A stretch of 64,000 nucleotides of DNA, from assembly GCF_041146345.1 (NCBI RefSeq), contig NW_027191414.1, positions 992,001 through 1,056,000 of the forward strand. Reading direction: 5' to 3'. Origin of the DNA: Neodothiora populina (taxonomy: Eukaryota). Positions 11,246 through 22,150 of the stretch are shown here, piece by piece. The translations under genes and the position numbers were made by a program. Below the pieces are notes generated by a model. That model had not been told where the DNA came from. It was given only the letters and a program-made list of their open reading frames with translations, and searched no databases. Positions within the stretch are counted from its first letter, which is position 1; every line of letters starts with the position of its first letter.

Positions 11246-12639
11246 TTCTTCTCTTGTTGAATTCTCTGGTGAATTCTCTTGGACGAGGTGTTGGTACAGT
11301 ATGAGTAATAAGAGGAAGGAGAGAGAGGGGGGCGGAGTACGGAGTAGCGCCTCAGACTACTACATGAGACTCTGGCCTAGGCACCAGCTTCAGGTGCGGT
11401 GCAGCCTTGGAGGTTATTTTCGTCTGCGTAATGACTAGATAGACTTGGGGTCAGACTGGGTTGGACCAATCGACGATGGCAGTTGATGACAGTTGGTGTT
11501 AGGAAAAGAGCGGGAGAGCTAGGCGGAACAAAAACAGTAACAGGCAAAGAACACGCAGAACAAGATGGAAAGGCCAGGTGTTGTCTTTATACTTAAGGCA
11601 GTCACGCCCCCTCTCCTTCCCTTTCAAGGTTCCAAGGGGGCTCTTGGCTGTTGCTTCGCACTTGCCGTCCCACCCCCTTCTTTCTTTCCCTCACCTTCCA
11701 CTTCCAACACAACCAACTCTTGAGCTAAGCCCGATGCGCACACGCCTCCGCCGACCCTGATGTAATTTTAGACTCCTAGATCTGCTTGGCGCCCCACAAT
11801 ATCTAAGGTACCTTAGCCTCACCTGTGACGGACAAAGGCACAGCACAATGACTGGACGGCCAGCGCCGCGCAGCATTTCAGCTTAATCCGCATTAAGCTC
11901 GTAAAGCATCATCGTAACTCTAGTCAATGTGCGAATATTGGAGTGAATTTCGTGCCGTGCAAGGCACAAGATACTCGGATGCAGCTCGGTCGTCATGCCA
12001 CCACGAGTGCCAGTCGAGGCCCATAGGTGCCAACGTCGCTATACTACCTTGCCTTACCTAGAGTCAATGCCTTCCTTCTATTGCCACAAGATACAGTAAG
12101 CTGCTTTTCCTTATCTTACTCCAGCAGATTCTCCGAGGACAAATCGGCCTACGACGGATCCCGTGGCGCAATCGCGACGACAAGCAATACTTGTACTTGG
12201 GATAGATCGCAATGCTCCTCGAGGTGCAACAGTCTAGTCATTCGTTGCTCAGCCTCGTCAGCTTTCTCGTTGCTCAACCGGGTCAAGCAAGGAGGCATTA
12301 CGTACTGTGATCTTTTTTACGATAAAGCTACCTGCGCCGCGTACTTGTAGGTACAGCGGCTTGTGATGCTCGCGGCAAGTCGTTAGCCGCTCTCCCGCGT
12401 CGGGGTATCTTGTATCATCAAGGTACGGAAGGGGTCCAAGGATCGTCCATGCTCCATGACCCCCTTTGTCACACATAAAGTACACCTCCAAGTCTACGAC
12501 GCAGATAGATGGCTTCGAGAAGTTCCAGACCTTTTTTTTCTTATCTGACTTACCATCGACCTTTTCGGTCTCACCATACGAGAATCACTGTCAGATACCC
12601 GCTTGCCGCATGAAACACGAGATCCAAAATCAACCCTAA

Positions 12640-14742
12640 TTAAACTCGTATTTCGCTTTCGCGAAGTAGTGGTCTAAGCTTTTCTTTGATATCCTCGCTC
12701 ACCTCATCTGCTTTCAATATATCATAAATCAGCAGAATCGTATTGTCCCTCTCTTTATCCTCGACCCATGATGGCCTGTTAGCTTTGTCAGCTCCACTAC
12801 TGTCTCCTTCACTCTCCCGGACCGCTCCTGTTGCTTCTTCGCCTTTCGGCATAACCCTTTGACGGAGCAGTGATATCATCTCCATATCGTCCACCATTAA
12901 CCCACCCAAGTGCCCTGCGCCTCCACTGGTTCGTACGTATAGATTCAAACCAAGCCATGCATCCGCTTGTGCCTGCATTAAACTAGGGGAAGTGGCCTGC
13001 TTGATCGTGAAAATGAACGGTCCCAAGATGTCTGGTGTGCCCACGAGCGTCTCGAGTGCTGATTTGGCATTCTCACTGACCGAGGGAGCGTGTAGCGTGC
13101 GTAGAAACGATGCTATCAATCTAGCAACCTCCACTTTAATCTGCGGGTTCGTCGTGTCATGAAAGACTGTCAGAAATGTCGATAGTGTGGGACAGCTGCC
13201 GACCAGTTAGGAAATGTGTATGATGACCCTGTATTGACACTCACCCGGCCAATTCCTGTCCTGAAACCAACCGCTGAACGCCCTCTGGCATATCCTTGAG
13301 CATTTGCCGTGTCAATTGTAAACCACCGACCTGAATCTGCTCTAAAGTCGACCCCATGTAAAGATGTGCCACAAAATTCAAATGCTCTGGGAGCCCGAAG
13401 CATCGCCGCCTATTCTCTAAAGGTATTGCAATATGTCTGAGCAGCCCAGCTGCAGCATTTTGGAAGACACTCTCGTTGGAGCTTCCCAAGCGTTGCAAAA
13501 GCTGGTCCACCGATATCCTCTCTGGCATAGCAATCGTGATATCGTCGCTGACTGCAAGATTGCCCAGCATCAAGCACGCGCAACCTGGCAGTATCGATGC
13601 CTGGCGCCCTTCTTCTGGCCCTGATGGAATGCACTGACGACACATTTCCACAATAAAATCGTCGTCCAACGTGTACTGATCGTTGAATGCAGGGAGTGAC
13701 GACACGTCTGCCAGACTCTGTGCAAGAGCATTCAGATACTGGCGGTCTGGGGCAAGTCAGTAATGTTCGCGATGCTCCTATGATCATCGTGCATCTTCCG
13801 GCATAACATGGCTGTAGCTATGACTGTTCACGATAGCGATAGGTCAACAAACTTACATTGCCTCTCATCCTCTTCGTCCACTTCTCCGGAGCGTGATATC
13901 TCGTCGACAAGCTCCAATACTTGCCAAATTAGGTGAATCTGCTTATGCTGAACAGTCTGCAAGACAAAATCTTCATCTTGCAGAGCGACCAAGACGACGC
14001 TCAGTAGATCCAGTAGTGTCTCGGAATCCTGTGGCTGCAGGAATGGCAAGGTCAGAATCTTCTGGATATACTCCTTGGTGTTCCCGCCTGGAAGCTTGAT
14101 GCCTTCGCCGCTTTCCACAAGACTGGCCAGTAGACTGGCCTCGAGGGCGAGCAAGGCCTCGTCTTCTTCCTTGAACTGCTTTACAGTGAGGTGATCGATT
14201 ATGGCCACATGTACGCCTTGCTCGAAAGTCTTCTTCTGCGACTCCGCTACACCAAGTCAGTACGAACATCGGCCCTCGAAAAGGAAACATGTGGCTGCCT
14301 ACGAGAATCATTGCATAGGTTGTATAGAATCTTCACCGCAAAGTCTTCGAAAACCCCATCTTTGTCAGAAGACGGCCGTCTCGACAGAAAGCCTCTCAGA
14401 CGGTTGATGCAGTCAGGCCTGCACACAAACGCGCCTCTGTTTCTTTCTGGGCTTGCGTCAGCCCCCCTTTTCTTTTCTTGTACATGATCAGATTCCACTA
14501 CCATTGTCTGCGAGTAAGTTGCCGATGGGTCGAAGTAAGGTCACAGGAGGCTTTTCCCCGTAGTGATCGAATAATGCAAGTAACCGAGTGAAGAAAGACT
14601 CGTCCTGTAGGAACGATCTTGACTCAATGTTGGCACTGGCATCGGCTACCACTGCAAGAGCTTGCTCTACAGCTGTATCATCGCTTGATTCGAGAATCTG
14701 TGCTTTGGCCCCTTCCAGTGACAGAGCTTCCGCAACCGACAT
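12640..14742 (-). CDS. ARM-repeat protein, SmgGDS/RAP1GDS1 (Bem4-like) family, 5 exons
   Basis: ATG 14742. Five ORF pieces joined in frame by four GT-AG introns (near 14501, 14300, 13748..13856, 13244). ARM-like motifs LRPIGNLLADN, ILYNLCND, ACLMLGNLAVSD, AAAGLLRHIAIPLENR. Confidence 0.75.
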
Positions 14743-15077
14743 ATTATAGTGACACTGCGGCCTCCGGGAAAAGCATTGAACGAGAGAAAGAGTCTCTAGG
14801 TCCAACACGTACTAACACTAGCAGGGCAGCAGAGCAATAATGTCTGATAACCGACAGGCGTCGTCGATCAGTTGTCTAAGCACTGGCCACAGCAAGCTTG
14901 TGGCGCTATAACCAGCACAAGCCGCAACCGACCCCGGATCTATACACAAGTCGCAGCGGCTAAGGGGGTTGTTGTACTTTTGGAGACTGACAACAAATTA
15001 TCAATCGCCCTCGTCGACTGTAAGATTGAAAGTAACGCTCATCAATCATCGACTGTATTGTCTACACACACGACAAC

Positions 15078-15540
15078 ATGACGCGCGCTACTCAACAGAT
15101 CTCTCTTCTGCTATTGGTGTCTTCGGTAGGCTACTTCAATACTCAGGAAGAGCGACCACATCAAGCTAATATGTCCATGTTGTTCCCCTCCTTCAGGTCT
15201 ACCTAGCACTGTTCCTCGGTCTTGTGCCCCTGCCATCCAAGATCCAAGATGAAATCATCCCTGTGGTACGTAACATCCCACAGCAGATCTATCGGCCTAC
15301 CTAGTCTTCTACAACAAGAGCGCAGATTAGCAAATCCAGATTCATACCCAAGCTAATATAATCAACCCCGCCTAATAGCTTCCTTTCTGGGTCCTCATTT
15401 CATTCGGCGCATATCTTCTCTTCAGCCTAGGCTGGGGAGTATTCACCTTCAACGACGTACCAGAAGCCCACAAGGAGTTGATGGCCGAGATCGAGCAAGC
15501 GCGCGCTGATCTCAAGAGCAAGGGCGTCGATGTCGATTGA
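15078..15540 (+). CDS. DPM3: Dolichol-phosphate mannosyltransferase subunit 3 (92 aa, 3 exons)
   Basis: Exons 15078-15125, 15197-15265, 15379-15540 with phase-0 GT-AG introns give MTRATQQISLLLLVSSVYLALFLGLVPLPSKIQDEIIPVLPFWVLISFGAYLLFSLGWGVFTFNDVPEAHKELMAEIEQARADLKSKGVDVD: two TM helices plus FNDxPEAxxEL coiled tail. Confidence 0.93.
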
Positions 15541-16194
15541 TCGTCTCGCGCTCAGAGAGACAGGAGAAGGGTGAAATTCCTCCAAAGTGAGGTGGAAACC
15601 ATACAGAGAGGACTACGATGTCCAATTGAATGGGGCGTTTATGTTTCGGGGAACACAAAATCTTGGGTCTTGTAAGGAAAATCAAGGGAGAGGCTTATTG
15701 GGAGAATATGTGCCTGGCATAGCCACTGCAAGTTCTTGAGTAGAGCCAGAGAGAAAGGAATACGGAGGGAAGGTGGTCTATGACTTCCAGAGGGCATGAA
15801 GTCGACCATTGATAAGGGGACAGACTTATATGAAACAATCACCTTCGGAAACGTAGTTTCGTCTCCTCCGATCAAATATAGCGCTTGGTATCATCACTTC
15901 ATGGTGTTCTCCTCAACTTCATTCCCATGTCGCGTTGCAGGCGATAGGCAGGTTTCGGAAAGTCCCCCACTAGCTTTGCGTTTCGAGACGAATCCGCATG
16001 AATAGTGTCAAATGCTTCGCGCACTGGTTTCTGCGCGTCTTCGCACAGCATAAAGACTATGTAGAACTACTTGCGCAAGAGCATGTGGCTTAGGTGACCG
16101 TTGATACACATGTTATGAGATATGGTCAAGATTCAGCTTGCGTCCTACTGAACCTCTCGGGGAGTTATGATTGTGATATGTACTTCATGATACG

Positions 16195-17457
16195 TTATGA
16201 CCACTTTTGCTCGGCCATCTTCCGGTCACGGATGCGCGGTCGCTCAACTTCGCAGATAGGACAGTCTGCGCTTCTTTGAGGATGACCTGGGAGCTCAGCT
16301 ACTCCTGACTGACCCTGTTTGAGTGCCGTGACATGTATGTGCGAGGGAACATCTGGTGGTGAAGCGTCCATGATTGGACTCAAACCTCCAACCTTGACAT
16401 GGCCAGTGCGAGGTTCCACGGACAAAGGTTGCGCCCGTGAATATCTATTCAATCGTTGCTTGGAGATGATCATGGAGTCCTTTGCCCTCCACAGCAGCGC
16501 ATTGACGCTGTCTTGAGGTTGTTCTTCCAATCGTTCGTGTGCCTGATCAAGCGAGTCTCTGTGGGTCTGAATATACTTCTCGTCTTCCGTCAGAGTCGAG
16601 AATTGGCGGGTAAGACTGCTTGCTGAGTGAGTCCGATCCGGTTTCGATTCCCAAGGCAAAGCCTCCTGCATGGTACGATCATGACCATGTGCATCGACGA
16701 GTGGCTCATCATGCGAACGGCTGCGCGATGAGTCTTCTTTGCGAAGTGAAACTTTGGCTCTATGACGGGGAGTGTTGTTGCCTGCCGAAACCACATCACT
16801 GGCTTTTCTTGTATTGGGCGGCGTTGGGGGCCCTTCAACTGGGAGCAGCACATCCGATCCGCCATTCGCTGCATCTTGCAGCTGTTTACCCTTATGTGTC
16901 GGGGCTGTATACTGAGACTTCGAGGCGGTCGATGGATTTTGACCGTGCATTAGTGACCACACAGCCAAGGTTGTCCTAATCCTGTCCATCCCGTCCCCAT
17001 CGGTGCTGGAGGCCTCACTAGCAGATGCGGATCGATGCGGCGACTCCCACATGTTATCGAACTGACTGCAATCGCGCTGCTTGTATGTCGGCATGTTTCT
17101 CTCACAATTAAGCAACGAGGACCCGGCTCCATCGTCGGAGTTTTCCAAATCAGCATTGTCCGTGTGTGCGTTGACATGAGCAGTGAAGGCTTGGGCATTG
17201 GTTTTATGCGACCCAGTCTCATTGGTGGCATATAGTTGTGACATGGGCAGAGGCTTGAGAGTGGACACTGACGGCGAATGATGTGCACATAAAGACATTG
17301 CTTGTATAGGAGCTTCGGAAAGATGATGGGCTGTTCCATAGCTCTGAGGGCTGTTGTTCGTCATATCGTCAATCTCAGTGGACCACAAGGCATGTTCATG
17401 TGCTAGCGCAGGGTCCTTGCCATGTAACAAAACACCATCATCATTCTGAGTCCACAC
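16195..17457 (-). CDS. Hypothetical, largely disordered protein (5' end uncertain)
   Basis: 420-codon open frame, S/H/D-rich, ending HPQRSADCPICEVERPR. The track start is GTG, so the true start or an upstream exon is unresolved. Confidence 0.6.
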   Translation of the reverse strand: MWTQNDDGVLLHGKDPALAHEHALWSTEIDDMTNNSPQSYGTAHHLSEAPIQAMSLCAHHSPSVSTLKPLPMSQLYATNETGSHKTNAQAFTAHVNAHTDNADLENSDDGAGSSLLNCERNMPTYKQRDCSQFDNMWESPHRSASASEASSTDGDGMDRIRTTLAVWSLMHGQNPSTASKSQYTAPTHKGKQLQDAANGGSDVLLPVEGPPTPPNTRKASDVVSAGNNTPRHRAKVSLRKEDSSRSRSHDEPLVDAHGHDRTMQEALPWESKPDRTHSASSLTRQFSTLTEDEKYIQTHRDSLDQAHERLEEQPQDSVNALLWRAKDSMIISKQRLNRYSRAQPLSVEPRTGHVKVGGLSPIMDASPPDVPSHIHVTALKQGQSGVAELPGHPQRSADCPICEVERPRIRDRKMAEQKWS

Positions 17458-18529
17458 AGATGCCTCTTCTAGGTCCGAAGCGACTTCTGTATCGTGCTCT
17501 GGTTCCTACACTTCGAGCGCGTCCCAGAGGGGGCCTCTCGATGGTCCAGTATTTAAAATTGTACCCGAGGGAGATGTATCTCTGTGTCGTGTTCTGCCGT
17601 CGCTATCGGTAGAGATATCCTTGAAGTGAGTCTTCTTTGGGCGAGGAGTACTGGGCTCGCTTAGGAGAGGTTTCTTGTCTTCCTGCCCATCTTATCCTCA
17701 TCAGCCGAAATATGAAATGAACACATCGAACCAGGCGGCTAACTTGTCTAAGCCTGAACAGCTTGTTCTTTATACTTATGCCTGCTAGGCCCTGATACTG
17801 GCGGAATCGCATCTCTATGGTGTCCTAGTTCAGAAGGCAGCATGCTTCAGGAGGCGCCTCAATTAGGGGTAATAGGATCTGAATGGATAGGAAGTATAAC
17901 TATGAGTTATCGAGGTCGAACATGGTGGGTCATGTGGCCCTGAGCACCTACAGATCACGCGGGAATATTTATGTAACATTATTCTAGTTTAGAACGTGTG
18001 ATGTTGTAGTTGCCCTCAAGGCTGGCATAGTGAAACGCACCTTCCCTCGATGTATAGGGAATTGTGGAAGTATGGCTAGACGTATGTGTCTATGTCAACT
18101 TACCTTGGAAGCAGCCGTTTTCAGTCAGGAAGCCTTGTTCGTCATATATTTCGGTATGAATTGTTCGGAGATGACACATGCTTCGATACCTTCAAGACTG
18201 ACACTTGGACAAGCAGAGGTTGTGAAGCGAATGACCCTGATGCGATAGATCGAAATCAGAACATGGTGTCACATTAGTGAAGCAAGGACTTCAGATTGGA
18301 TCCTCGAAGGAACATCAGCTTGACCAGGGTCGCCAGGTACAAATTACAAGATGAGGTTACAGTAGAGACGTGAGACATCGAGTCTGGTTTAGCCGCCAAG
18401 GGTGCTTATCGATAAGTCGTGATATACATTACCCCATATAAGTTGACCAGGTTGCATCTCGACCTCTTGGTGGTTCAGAAGCTCAGACGTAACTACTTAC
18501 AGGTAGAACAATCGGTATCTCGTGAAAAC

Positions 18530-20357
18530 ATGATGCGGGTCGCAGGCGCATACCTTTTGACAGCTGCTGCACTTGGTTCGTCTGTAGTTGCAGCTGCCGA
18601 GCCTTCTCGACCCCGCGGTGTCAGTCCCGAGTGTATGTTTACAGCCAACGCTTTAGCTGGGAAGCACACGGTTGTCCTGTACCACGTATCTAATATGAAT
18701 TGCAGTTGCCAAATTCTACAAAGATGCAGCCGGCTTCACGTGTATCTCAAACCTCTCAATTCAAATTTCGCGGGACCAAGTCAATGATGATTACTGCGAC
18801 TGTCCTGATGGATCCGATGAGCCTGGCACCTCTGCTTGCTCTTACCTTTCTCCTCTATCACCATCCACCCTTTCAGACCTTGTCAACACCAACACTCCCA
18901 ATTCATCAGCAGCTCTGCCTGGATTTTACTGCAAAAACAAGGGCCATATCCCAGGCTTTGTACCTTTCACAAATGTGAACGATGGAGTCTGCGATTACGA
19001 GGCCTGCTGTGATGGTAGCGAAGAATGGGCTGGTGTTGGAGGCATCAAATGCCCTGACAGATGTTCTGAGATTGGCAAAGAGTGGCGCAAACATGACGAA
19101 GCTAGGCAGAAGTCTTTGGATACTGCTAACAGAAAGAGAAAAGAGCTCGTCAATGAAGCTCAGAAACAAAGGAAAGAGGTCGAGGATAGGATTACGACCC
19201 TCCAGACCACCATCGAGGCCCAACAGAAGAAGGTGAGCAACCTTGAGACTGAGCTCGTGGAGACAGAACGCCGTGAGAAAGGAAGAGTCGTCAAAGCTGG
19301 ATCGGCAAAGGTAGGCAAAGTCGGCGTGCTCGTTGGCCTTGCGAAACAAAGAATGGACGAATTGCGCGAAGCTTTGATAAATGTTCGAAAAGACAGAGAC
19401 AGTAACATGGAGCGCATCAAAACACTGGAAAGCATATTGTCCACATTCAAGGAGGAATATAATCCCAACTTCAACGACGAAGGTGTCAAGCGTGCCGTCA
19501 GGGCTTGGGAGGACTATGCCGCCCTTGATAAGGGAGCCGAGACTGATGCCGTACACGAGCGAGACCTTAACGAGATTACCAAATCTGACAAGGACAATGG
19601 TCTTGATTGGGAATCGTTCTCCGATGCCGACGAATCAGAGGTCGAGCTTCGTAAGTGTTGCCCACTACTCTATGTCCAAGGAACGTGCAATATTAATCTT
19701 TACACAGTGTACAAATTCGAAGAGTACTTGCCCAAGTCACTGAGAGACTGGCTTGACCAGAAATTACGGGATCTTCGCGTCATGCTTGTCGAGAATGGCA
19801 TACTAGCCGATCTCTCTCCCGAGGCTTCAGCATCCGGTGCGGTCACGGATGCGCAGAACAGACTCAAATCCGCAGAAGATGAAGTGAAGAACAGCATCAA
19901 GTCATTGGAATCTCACCAGGAAGACCTAAACAAAAACTATGGTCCTGATGACGTTTTCCGTGCACTCAAGGGACAGTGTATTTCGACTGATTCTGGCGAG
20001 TATACCTACGAGCTATGCTTTCTGGAAAGAACCACGCAGAAACCAAAGAAAGGCGGAGGAAATACCAACATGGGTAGTTTCGTAGGAGTGGACAGTATCT
20101 ACGTGGACGAAGACATCACTGCCGATGGGAAGGGACTCGGCACTGGCGAGCGTATTGCGATGAGGCACGAGAACGGACAGCATTGCTGGAACGGGCCAAA
20201 CAGAAGCACCACGGTCATCCTTGCTTGCGCAGAAAAGAACGAGATCTGGAAGATCTTTGAGGAAGAAAAGTGTGTTTATAGAATGGAGGTTGGCACACCT
20301 GCTGTATGCGAAGTGAAAGGTGGTAGTAAGAACAGCACACCTAGAGATGAGCTTTGA
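18530..20357 (+). CDS. GTB1: Glucosidase II beta subunit (PRKCSH/Gtb1), 3 exons
   Basis: Signal peptide, PRGVSPE, VNDDYCDCPDGSDEPGTSAC and VNDGVCDYEACCDGSEE LDLa-like repeats, coiled coil, C-terminal MRH domain (GEYTYELC, GQHCWNGPNRST, EEEKCVY), ER-retention RDEL. Introns 18633..18705 and 19651..19707. Confidence 0.95.
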
Positions 20358-22150
20358 GTTGTTCCTGCAAGAGTAGATTTGAGATTCGTCAATACATCAA
20401 AACACATACGGTTTTCAGTTCATTATGCAATCTTACAACTGAACGTCAATGGTGTTGCTTCATGTCATGACGCAAAGAAGTCTGACTCGCGACCAATTTC
20501 ATCTATGCATGTCCATCAGACACGAACTCGAAAGGGTAAAAGCTCACTCTCACTAGCCGGTCGTGGAGTGCTGGCACAGTTTCTTCACAGGGACTCGACG
20601 AACGCTAACAAAGATCATTGCCTTCGCAAGAGCTAGCCTTTTCCCGCTATACCCATGGACAGAAAATTCTCAGACGGCGGATTACCTCAACATGTGTGCC
20701 CAATATTGTCAGCAGGCAAATAATATTGGATGTCTCTGATTTCAATTACGGCGGATGTGGCACTGACATCCAGGCACCATGATTTTATGTACGAGTGCAG
20801 ACATACCCGTACACCAACGTCGATCGTGGCCCCCAGAGGGCCGGAACTTAAGCTTCACCCCCCTGTTAGTGTCCCGGTTTCAAGTCATCTTACTTGACCC
20901 AAACTTCGCGGCCCGCTGAACCGCTCATGTCACCTCGAGCCAATTAACAGCGTTCGCGGGGCTTGGCAGATCAGTTTCGAGCCAACGGCCCAAAGACTCG
21001 TTGCGATTGCACTTGTGAACTCATCTGTGCGTCTTGATCGCTATAAGATAGCACTTGTATACGGTAATTGTACGTTGACGATGGATCCGCTGCTAGAATT
21101 GTGGCATGATACATGTCAGGATCTGTGACATTGTTGGAGCTGCAACTACGATTGAATGGTCATAGTTAGGGACTGTTGCTCTTGTACTGAGTAAACAGGG
21201 TACCTTACATGTAGTCCGCGTGGTAGTTTTGTACTTGCCCTTAGGTCGGTACTTGGCTGCGTCTCCAGACTGTAGCGCGTCGCAGATTTTGCGACGAAAA
21301 GGAGAGGAGCAAACCAGGACTAGAAGAGATTTATATCTCTTTTCCCGGTGAAACAGCAGTCGGGATCCCAGATGATCGATCGTGACGGCAAGCCACGCAT
21401 ATTCGATCCAATTGCTGCCAGCAACGGTGGTGGTTGTGAGAAAGCAATTTACGGAGCTCACGGGTTTAATCTCCGCTAGTACGGAACGTTCTCTAAAGTC
21501 TGTTAAGAGGAGCATTGCGATTTTGTGCTTGTACTGGAGTTGCTGCATCTCGACATCACCCTTATTCTCCATTTCCTCGTCAACACTTCTGGTTCTCTTG
21601 CGGGGTCACTCTCTTCCTCGTGCTGGTGACAAGAGGAGGTTCAGCAATTCTCGCGCCACCACTCACATTCGTTTCCACAGTTGATACATGACTTATCACT
21701 GCAATTTCATGACCCATTCCTGCCATTCACCCACTTTACCGGCCCTCCACACTCTCGCAGATCAGACTACAACGCGCCCGCCACGAAGTCTTGCGCTACA
21801 TACGTAGCGACCTATTACTTCTTCCACACAGGCAGTCAGAGGCAGCCAGCCCAGACCGATCCAGAGGCACATCAGTACTTTGTCCAGATATATTGGTGCG
21901 CTCAATCGCAGCTGTCTCGTCAACCACTCGAAGTGACCGGATCTCGAAGAGCTCCTTCCCCAGCTCGAGCAAAGCACTAGCAGCCACAAGAGGAAGGAAG
22001 GGGTAAAGCCATCAGGCACCGCCCTGGTCGGATCTCGGGACCTTGGTATGTATTTGCAATTCTCACTTGCACTCTTTATTTGGTCATGCTCATTTCTGCG
22101 ACCTTTGTATCATCGGTCACAAACAAGTACTGATTCCACGTAGACACATC

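Noticed and set aside
14496..14501. Non-consensus GTAGTG donor in the ARM gene as a possible twin intron
   Set aside because: A single intron with a GCTGAC branch and CAG acceptor already restores the frame; no nested intron is needed.
20640..21980. GC-rich patches and ORFs (e.g. 21093..21572) as a possible ncRNA or small gene
   Set aside because: No tRNA, snRNA or snoRNA hallmarks seen; better explained as promoter/5'UTR of the 22151 gene.
22043..22150. N-terminal extension MVCICNSH... of the 1225-aa ORF
   Set aside because: It lies inside a probable intron (22046..22143); splicing places an in-frame TGA just before ATG 22151, which is the likelier start.
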